DNA from: Acidobacteriota bacterium
GTDB taxonomy: Bacteria > Actinomycetota > Acidimicrobiia > Acidimicrobiales > RAAP-2
Direction of reading: 5' to 3'
Assembly: GCA_019352075.1 (NCBI GenBank)
Contig: JABBOA010000001.1
Span: 5,827-69,826 of the forward strand
DNA: 64,000 nt
Made by a program: the position numbers and the translations under genes. Below, piece after piece: positions 38,309 through 44,578 of this stretch (the first letter of the stretch is position 1; each line of letters opens with the position of its first letter). The notes beneath the pieces are model-generated. The model was not told where the DNA came from. It saw only the letters and a program-made list of their open reading frames with translations, and made no database searches.

Positions 38309-38696
38309 CTAGGGAGCCTGACCCGTGGCGAAGTAATACGTCGCCCTCCCGATCCCCTGGGCCGGCGCGTCGACACGGGCCACGACAGTGGATACATGAG
38401 TTCGCGCGAGTGCAGGGTTCCTTGGCGACTGCGCGGGACAAGAGTCTCTGGGTCGACTCCAGTCGCTGGATCGCCGACGCGTCACGACGGAGCAGCATTT
38501 GATGGCCGTCGCGGGCGCGGGTCGCGCACTCCCCGGCGGCGTCCCCCTGCGCCCGGGGGATCGCCTGGTCGAACTGCCGGGGCGAATCGAACTCGCTCCG
38601 CACGGGCGATGAGTGACGCACCCGAGCGACCAGGGGGCGGTGCGGCCAGAACACCCCGATCGACGGGGGAACATCCGGGAGTGGGCATCGCGGCAC
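38309..38696 (-). pseudogene. Possible decayed or frameshifted gene remnant
   Basis: Hand count gives about four-fifths G/C at third positions in one minus frame from 38696 to about 38400. The signal then moves to another minus frame ending at the stop at 38309-38311. No intact convincing ORF and no family recognised. Confidence 0.25.
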
Positions 38697-38878
38697 TTCT
38701 GTGACGCCGTCGGAGTTCGGCCCGCGGGCCGGGCCCTAGTGAGGGTTGGCGCGCGGGTTCCCAATGGATTGCTCTGCCTCGGTACAGTAGATGGGGACCG
38801 CCAGCCGCTGGTCGGGCGTCCGCCAGCACCAGTAGCAACACGAAATCCGTTGCCCGATCCCTTCGAAGTAGGAACGTC

Positions 38879-39901
38879 ATGCCCTCCTTGAACGCCAGCC
38901 CTCACGACGTCATGCGTCGCGCCATCGCCAAACTGGACCCTGACGCCGTCATGCGCGTCGTGGACGCCCTGCAACTCCAGGGTGCCAAACTGAGCGCGGT
39001 GGTCGCGGTGCCGCTGCGATCGCTTCAGAAGAAACGCGACGTCGCCGCCTTCGCCGCTGGGGCGCCCCTCGATGCCGTCGCCGGCTTGCTCGAGTTGCTC
39101 GCGATGGAACCACTCGAGAAGGTCATCGAGGCGCTGGGGGAACATTCCGAGACGCCCAGCTACGAACAACTCACTGCGGCGATCGCCACGTTGCGCGGCG
39201 TGACCCTCAATGACGACCAGCTCGTAGCGGTGCTGGCGTTCGCCATCGGGCATGATTTCCCCGCCGCCGCGCACTGTCGTCGCATTTTGGGCGAGGACGA
39301 CGCTCTCGCCTTGCCCGACATCGAGATCACCATCGGTCGCGCGTCGTTGCTCAATCCCAAAGTCGTCGACGATTCGGTTCGTGAGCAGCGCCGCCAGCGA
39401 CGCGAGGAGGAGAAGGCGCGCAAGCGGGCGCGAGTCGCCAAGGCCGAGAAGGACGACCCCCGCCCCAAGTTAAAATCACCCAAGAAGTCCGCCGTGGCGC
39501 CGGCGACGAACCCCCCGGCGTCGAAGGAATCGAGGCCGGTCGAGGTGACACGGCGGGCGGCGTTGCTCACCCCGGCGGAGGCCGCGACCTACGACCCCCA
39601 GCACGCCCTCGCCGGATGGGTGGTGACGACGCACGTCCCCTTCGACAACGTCGACCCCGTCGTCCCCGAGCAGCAGTCCAAGGTCCGCCCGGCGGTCGTG
39701 GTGGCGGCGTCGGACGCGGGTCTCCTGGTCCGTGGCGTCTACTCGAACCCGTCGCCCACCCGTAGCGTCTTCTCCGCGTGGCGTCGACTGGGGCTCGATC
39801 ACGTGTCCTACGTCGATGTGACCCGCAGTCCGGTCGAGCCGGGCGCCGAGGTGAACAAGCTCGGCCTCTTGAGTGACGAGGAGTGGAACGCGCTCCTGTG
39901 A
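38879..39901 (+). CDS. Hypothetical three-part protein: helical N-domain, Lys/Arg/Glu-rich linker, PemK/MazF-like C-terminal domain
   Basis: 340 aa. ATG is preceded by AGGAA. The C-terminal GWVVTTHVPFDNVDPVVPEQQSKVRPAVVVAASDAGLLVRGVYS resembles the PemK-like SH3-barrel signature. Confidence 0.75.
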   Translation: MPSLNASPHDVMRRAIAKLDPDAVMRVVDALQLQGAKLSAVVAVPLRSLQKKRDVAAFAAGAPLDAVAGLLELLAMEPLEKVIEALGEHSETPSYEQLTAAIATLRGVTLNDDQLVAVLAFAIGHDFPAAAHCRRILGEDDALALPDIEITIGRASLLNPKVVDDSVREQRRQRREEEKARKRARVAKAEKDDPRPKLKSPKKSAVAPATNPPASKESRPVEVTRRAALLTPAEAATYDPQHALAGWVVTTHVPFDNVDPVVPEQQSKVRPAVVVAASDAGLLVRGVYSNPSPTRSVFSAWRRLGLDHVSYVDVTRSPVEPGAEVNKLGLLSDEEWNALL

Positions 39902-39929
39902 TGGTCGGTCGCGGTCGCGACACCGCGCA

Positions 39930-40709
39930 TCACCGCGCAATCGGCGCAAGGTGATCACGTCGTCGTCGCTGCGCCCGCCAGAGCGTCACCCCTCCCACCA
40001 GCGCCAGGGCGAGACCGGCCAATTGCACTCCCACCGAGCCCGAATGCGACTCCTGTCCGAGTAGCCAGTGTTCGTCGAAGGCCCGCACGAGGCCCCAGAC
40101 GATCATGGCGACGGCGCTCAGGGACCCGACGGATCGTGCGGTCCACTTGGCTTCGATCCACAGGAGGAGCAGCCATAACGACGCGTCCTCGGCCCCCTGG
40201 ATGAGTGGGACGGGTACCCGTTTGCCGACTTGTCCGCTGTAGTGCATGCCGATCCACGACGTGGTGACGTGTCCTCCGCCGTTGACCATGAACTGCGGTC
40301 CGAGCACCCGCCCCAGGGCCCAGCCCGCGACCAGGGCCGGAAGAAGGGCGTCGGTGAACGCGGCGAGCCGGGTGCCCGGCCACCAGCGCCGCTGTAGGTA
40401 GAGTCCGACCGGCACCGCTAGTCCGATGCCACCGAAGCTCGAGATCCCTCCCTGCCACACGGCGATCCAGCGCGCGGGGTGGCCCGAGTAGTACGACCAG
40501 TTGGTGACGATGTTGGCGAGACGCGCGCCCAGCAGACCCGACACCAGCAGAGCCACGGTGTAGCGCGCGAAGCGCGTGGTGTCGATGCCCTGACGGCGAA
40601 GTCGTCGTTCGCAGTAGGCGTACGCCACGTACGCGGCGATCCCCAGGCCCAGACCGTAGAGGTGAAAGACGAAGGGGCCGAAATGCAGGGAAGTGGGGAC
40701 GCCTGACAT
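39930..40709 (-). CDS. lgt: Prolipoprotein diacylglyceryl transferase
   Basis: Polytopic membrane protein. FHLYGLGLGIAAY and WQGGISSFGGIGLA (Lgt signature region). 259 aa. Confidence 0.85.
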   Translation of the reverse strand: MSGVPTSLHFGPFVFHLYGLGLGIAAYVAYAYCERRLRRQGIDTTRFARYTVALLVSGLLGARLANIVTNWSYYSGHPARWIAVWQGGISSFGGIGLAVPVGLYLQRRWWPGTRLAAFTDALLPALVAGWALGRVLGPQFMVNGGGHVTTSWIGMHYSGQVGKRVPVPLIQGAEDASLWLLLLWIEAKWTARSVGSLSAVAMIVWGLVRAFDEHWLLGQESHSGSVGVQLAGLALALVGGVTLWRAQRRRRDHLAPIAR

Positions 40710-40711
40710 CG

Positions 40712-41908
40712 CTAGGCGCGCACGCGACCAATCCCCGCGAAGCCGTAGCCCAATCGAATGGGCGTGATGTCGACCCGGTATCCCGTTTGTGGTGCCTCGA
40801 TCATCATGCCGTTACCCACGTACATCGCGACGTGCTCGTCACCGTTGTAGCCGTAGAAGAGCAGATCGCCGGGCTGGATGTCGCTCAGGGGGACGCGCAC
40901 CGTGTCGTTGAACTGGGCGCCCGAGTAGTGCGGAAGGGACACGCCGACGGCGTCGTACGCCAACATCACCAGTCCCGAGCAGTCGAGGCAACTCGACGAG
41001 GCGCCGCCCCAGCAGTACCAGGTACCGAGATACCTCTCGGCGGCCTGGACGGCGGCCTGTCCCACGGAACTAGGTGGTGGGGCCGTGCCCACGGGGGGCG
41101 GGGTGGCCGTGGCCACGGTCACGGCCTTGGCCGATGCCGCGTTGGCCGCGGCCTGTATGGCGTTGTAATAGGCGGAGATCTGTCCTTCGACCTGGGAGCG
41201 GGCCTGCTCGATGCTGGCCTGGAGCCCGAGGTACTGGCGGTACGTCGCCTCGGCCGCGTTCTGAACGGCCAGCGCCTGCGCCTGTTCGGTCATCAGGATG
41301 GATCGCTCCTGGGTCAATTGCACGCGGCTGCTCTTGAGACTGGCGATGATCGATCCGACGTTGCCCTCGGCGAGTTGGTTGTAGACGCTCGTGGCCCCCG
41401 AACTGGCGGCGTTCGAACTGAAGAGGGGGTTACTGCTCGCGGCCGAACCATTGGTCACGTAGGCGAACACGGCGTCGGCCTTCAACTGCGCGTTGTCCGT
41501 GACCACCTTGCCCTGGATGCTGGCCACGATGGCCTTGGTGTTGGTGATCGTGTCGGTGATCTTGGCGTACTTGAGGTGGGCGAGGTCGAACTTCTGCCCG
41601 AGGAACTGCACCTGCGCGCCGACACGCTGAATCTGCGAATAGAGGTCCGCGGCGCGGGCCTTCTCTTGGGCGACGGTCGAGGCCCCCGCGCTGTGAGAGA
41701 GTACGGTGAGCGCGCCGAGCGAAACCGACGACGCCACCAGCACGCTAAGGATCCGTCGCGAGAATTGCGACCCGCGCCAGAGGCGCGGCGTCGAATTTTG
41801 CGCCAGGCGCCCGACGAAAGTCACGAGGGCTAGGTTACCGTCTGGTGAACCGCCGATGCCCGGCGAGGTTCTAAATTTGCGATAAAATCCCTGATCAAAT
41901 CCCTTCAA
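40712..41908 (-). CDS. NlpC/P60 family peptidoglycan endopeptidase with N-terminal coiled-coil region (RipA-like); start uncertain (GTG 41824 more likely)
   Basis: C-terminal WYCWGGASSSCLDCSGLV...GDLLFY...HVAMYVG catalytic Cys/His motifs and signal peptide RRILSVLVASSVSLGALTVLSHSAGA. The first 28 codons of the ORF are AT-rich and repeat-bearing. Confidence 0.85.
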   Translation of the reverse strand: MKGFDQGFYRKFRTSPGIGGSPDGNLALVTFVGRLAQNSTPRLWRGSQFSRRILSVLVASSVSLGALTVLSHSAGASTVAQEKARAADLYSQIQRVGAQVQFLGQKFDLAHLKYAKITDTITNTKAIVASIQGKVVTDNAQLKADAVFAYVTNGSAASSNPLFSSNAASSGATSVYNQLAEGNVGSIIASLKSSRVQLTQERSILMTEQAQALAVQNAAEATYRQYLGLQASIEQARSQVEGQISAYYNAIQAAANAASAKAVTVATATPPPVGTAPPPSSVGQAAVQAAERYLGTWYCWGGASSSCLDCSGLVMLAYDAVGVSLPHYSGAQFNDTVRVPLSDIQPGDLLFYGYNGDEHVAMYVGNGMMIEAPQTGYRVDITPIRLGYGFAGIGRVRA

Positions 41909-41967
41909 TTTTCACAAGCTCACGTTCGTCGACGTTGGTCGAGCCCGTCGTGCACGTGTTCGCAACA

Positions 41968-42006
41968 CCCCTGATCCAGGCCCCTGATCCGGGCCCCTGG
42001 TCGCGA
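41968..42006. repeat. 13-nt tandem repeat, about 3 copies (CCCCTGATCCAGG / CCCCTGATCCGGG / CCCCTGGTCGCGA)
   Basis: Read directly at 41968-41980, 41981-41993 and 41994-42006. The CCCTGATC core also occurs at 41889-41896. Confidence 0.85.
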
Positions 42007-42064
42007 CATCCCCGGGACCGACGACGTCCGGCGGCGAGGACCGGTCGGGGCGGGCATCCCCGAC

Positions 42065-42179
42065 GGACCGGGCGTACCCTAGATTCCTGCGGGGACCCAG
42101 GAGAGCGAACTCAACCGTCGGCGCGTGACTCGGGAGCGTGACCAGCCCTGGGACGACAGCCCGGTCCTATTAGGCTGGG
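42065..42179 (+). promoter_or_regulatory. Candidate structured 5' leader of the 42180 gene
   Basis: Nested helices 42065-42073/42159-42167 (9 bp) and 42096-42101/42147-42152 (6 bp). An alternative pairing joins 42142-42147 to the G-rich pre-start segment 42173-42178. Confidence 0.3.
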
Positions 42180-42614
42180 GTGATGAACGTCACCATGTTG
42201 CTCGCTGATTCCGCCCAAGTCGCCGAGGGCAAGCTCTATATCCTCGGCGGCGGCTGGTCGCTCAGTGGGCCCGAGCCCGTACCGTCGGCCGTCGCCATCA
42301 AGGTCGAAGTCGACACGCACGAGTTCGACCGCATGCACCACTGGGAACTGTTCCTCGAAGACGCCGACGGCCAATTGGTGCAGTTCGAATCGCCCGAAGG
42401 TCCCCAAACGATCGAAATCCGGGGAGATTTCTCCGCCAGCGCCCCCGACGGAGTGCCGGCGGGCACTCCCGTCGACGTGCCGATCGCCGTCAATCTGGGT
42501 CCCATCCCCCTGCGCCCCAATTCGCGTTTCACCTGGCGTCTGGTGATCGACGGGGAATCGTTGAATGGCGCCACCGCGTCATTCACGACGCGCCCGCTAC
42601 CGGCCGAGCTGTAG
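42180..42614 (+). CDS. Hypothetical protein (probably all-beta, about 144 aa)
   Basis: Translates to MMNVTMLLADSAQVAEGKLYILGGGWS... with good GC3. I recognised no family with certainty. Starts at GTG 42180 or ATG 42183. Confidence 0.7.
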   Translation: MMNVTMLLADSAQVAEGKLYILGGGWSLSGPEPVPSAVAIKVEVDTHEFDRMHHWELFLEDADGQLVQFESPEGPQTIEIRGDFSASAPDGVPAGTPVDVPIAVNLGPIPLRPNSRFTWRLVIDGESLNGATASFTTRPLPAEL

Positions 42615-42627
42615 CCCGGGCGCTTCG

Positions 42628-43539
42628 ATGCCCGAGGTCCGCCTCGAGCCCGAGGTCCGTTCGGCGGTCGTCCCGATGCGTCGTGCGCTGCGGCGCGCGA
42701 GTGTGGTGCTTCGTCGCGACCTGCCCTGGGTCGGGCACGACGACCCGTGGGCCATCTTCGTCAGCGAGGTCATGCTGCAACAGACCTCGACCTCGCGCGT
42801 CATGGAACCCTGGCGTCGCTTCATCGCCTTCTATCCCACCCCCGCGTCGTGCGCGCGGGCTCCCCTCTCGGACATCCTTCGCCTCTGGCAGGGCCTGGGC
42901 TATCCCCGTCGGGCGAAGTCGCTGCACGACGCGGCCCGGACGATGGTCGAAGACTTCGCGGGCGCCGTGCCGTCAGCGCCGGAGGACTTGCGCCGGCTCC
43001 CGGGGGTGGGGCCCTACACCGCGCACGCGGTCGCGTCCTTCGCGTTTGAGCGTCGAGTGGCCGTCGTGGACACCAACGTCGGGCGGGTGCTCGCGCGCGC
43101 GCTGGCCAATCGACCACTTCGGGCCAGGGAGGCCCAACACCTCGCCGAATCGCTCCTCCCACGTTCGCAGGTGGCGGCCTTCAACCAGGCGATGCTCGAC
43201 TTGGGAGCGCAGCACTGCACCAAGGTGCCAAAGTGCGCGCACTGTCCCGTGCAACGACAGTGTCGGTGGCGTCGCGAGGGCGGGGGCGATCCGGCCCCCG
43301 CTTCGGCGGGGGTGTCGCGCCCCCAGGCGGCCTTCGCCGGATCGGACCGTCAGGTGCGCGGACGCATGATGGCCGTGCTCGGTGCGGGGCCGGTCAACCG
43401 CCGCACGTTCGCGCGCCAACTGGCCGACGTGGACCCGACGCGGCGCGAGCGACTGCTGGCGCAACTGGTTCGCGACGGTCTGGTCCGCGTGGGCGACCAG
43501 CGCGTGTCGCTGAGCGGCGATGACCCCTCGCGGCACTAA
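42628..43539 (+). CDS. mutY: A/G-specific adenine DNA glycosylase (MutY-like, HhH-GPD with 4Fe-4S)
   Basis: WAIFVSEVMLQQT, LPGVGPYTAHAV (HhH), VDTNVGRV and the cluster loop CTKVPKCAHCPVQRQC. ATG 42628 is chosen inside the ORF-track ORF. Confidence 0.85.
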   Translation: MPEVRLEPEVRSAVVPMRRALRRASVVLRRDLPWVGHDDPWAIFVSEVMLQQTSTSRVMEPWRRFIAFYPTPASCARAPLSDILRLWQGLGYPRRAKSLHDAARTMVEDFAGAVPSAPEDLRRLPGVGPYTAHAVASFAFERRVAVVDTNVGRVLARALANRPLRAREAQHLAESLLPRSQVAAFNQAMLDLGAQHCTKVPKCAHCPVQRQCRWRREGGGDPAPASAGVSRPQAAFAGSDRQVRGRMMAVLGAGPVNRRTFARQLADVDPTRRERLLAQLVRDGLVRVGDQRVSLSGDDPSRH

Positions 43540-43548
43540 GGTCACCAC

Positions 43549-44022
43549 GTGACTTTCGCGGACGATGCGCTCTTCAAGGATGTGCTCGGTCACTACGCGA
43601 GCGGCTTGGTGGTCGTGTCGGCGATCACTCCCGCGGGACCCGCTGGTTTCACTTGCCAGACGTTCGGTTCGCTCTCGCTGCAACCACCTCTGGTGACGTT
43701 CGCCGCCAGTTCCGCCGGTAACTCGTGGCGCCTGGTGCGCCAGAGCTCCGCAGTGGGCATCAGCGTACTTTCGAGGGACCAGTCGGCGCTGGCTCGCCGC
43801 TTCGCCGTTTCGGGCACCGACAAATTCGACGGTGTGGGGTGGGACGAGGGCCCCGATGGCTCGCCACTGTTGCACGGGGCGATCGCCCATATCGAAGGAC
43901 GCTTCGCCTCGATCTCCTCGCACGGGGACCACGACATCGCCGTGGTCGAAGTGACCTTCGTCGCGGCGAGCAGCGGCCGTCCGCTGATCTACTTCCGCAG
44001 TGGGTTCGCCGAACTCACCTAA
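43549..44022 (+). CDS. Flavin reductase-like (FMN-binding split-barrel) protein
   Basis: FKDVLGHYASGLVVVSA...FTCQTFGSLSLQPPLVTF is typical of the flavin reductase domain. 157 aa. Confidence 0.8.
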   Translation: MTFADDALFKDVLGHYASGLVVVSAITPAGPAGFTCQTFGSLSLQPPLVTFAASSAGNSWRLVRQSSAVGISVLSRDQSALARRFAVSGTDKFDGVGWDEGPDGSPLLHGAIAHIEGRFASISSHGDHDIAVVEVTFVAASSGRPLIYFRSGFAELT

Positions 44023-44089
44023 GTCCCTCACAACTGGCTACGCTGACTGGCGTGACGAGGAGGTACGCCGTGCACGAAGGGATGACCTC

Positions 44090-44578
44090 GTGTTGCTAGT
44101 CAAGATCGCGGGCGGTCTCGTCCTGGTGGTCCTGATCGCGGCGTTCTTCCTGCGCGGCCGCGGCGGGGTGGCTCGCCCCAAGTCCCCGGCCAGCGTGCGC
44201 CCGACGCCGCCGCCCTCCCCGTACAAGCCGTCACGGGGTTTTCGGATCCTCGACGGGAGCGAGACCGATGCGCCGCACCAGGTTCAGCGACCGCGGCTCG
44301 ACCCGAACAAGGAATTCGTCTTCAACGACCCGTTGGCGTCGCCGAGCGAGACCGCGAGCCTGCCGCACCTTCGCCACGACGAGCGCTGGGCGCTCGAGCG
44401 CTCGTCGCGTCGTGCGCCCCACCCGCACGTGCGTCGTCGCCGGTGGGCGTGGGTGCTCCTGGTCGCGGTGTTGATCGCGGGCCTGATCGCGGTGCTCCTG
44501 ATCTCCCAGCACCCGGCGCGCCACCGCCCCGCACTGGCGAGTGCCTACGCCGTGGCGCCCAGCTCGTGGATGAGGTAG
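44090..44578 (+). CDS. Hypothetical two-TM membrane protein
   Basis: TM helices LLVKIAGGLVLVVLIAAFFL and WAWVLLVAVLIAGLIAVLLI. High GC3. GTG 44090 is preceded by AAGGGA, and the ORF track starts at 44000. The 3' end overlaps convergent ptrB by 34 nt. Confidence 0.6.
   Translation: MLLVKIAGGLVLVVLIAAFFLRGRGGVARPKSPASVRPTPPPSPYKPSRGFRILDGSETDAPHQVQRPRLDPNKEFVFNDPLASPSETASLPHLRHDERWALERSSRRAPHPHVRRRRWAWVLLVAVLIAGLIAVLLISQHPARHRPALASAYAVAPSSWMR

Noticed and set aside
38564-38594. tRNA/tmRNA-like 3' end on the minus strand (GAGTTCGATTCGCCCCGGCAGTTCGACCAGG resembles the T-loop plus acceptor ...GGTTCGATTCCCGGCAGCTCCACCA of tmRNA). It could mark an integration-site remnant.
   Set aside because: The would-be T-stem does not pair (GCGAG versus CGCCC), and no complementary 5' acceptor strand or tmRNA 5' end (GGGGCTGA...) occurs within 400 nt. 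The segment also sits inside the stretch with coding-like periodicity. Kept only as a note. A tRNAscan-SE/ARAGORN run would settle it.
37239-38878. Housekeeping large ncRNAs (RNase P RNA, tmRNA, SRP RNA) as an explanation for the ORF-poor stretches.
   Set aside because: On neither strand could I find the conserved boxes I know: RNase P GGAAAGTCCGGGC / ACAGAACCCGGCTTA, the SRP GGAAGCAGCC region, or the tmRNA termini. A systematic cmsearch is still needed for other RNA families.
41909-42179. A canonical c-di-AMP (ydaO) riboswitch on the minus strand controlling the NlpC/P60 gene.
   Set aside because: The minus strand shows CGGGGATG twice but lacks the conserved ACCCGACAGCTAAC-type 3' block. 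The better, still weak, block matches are on the plus strand and are reported separately as a low-confidence hypothesis.
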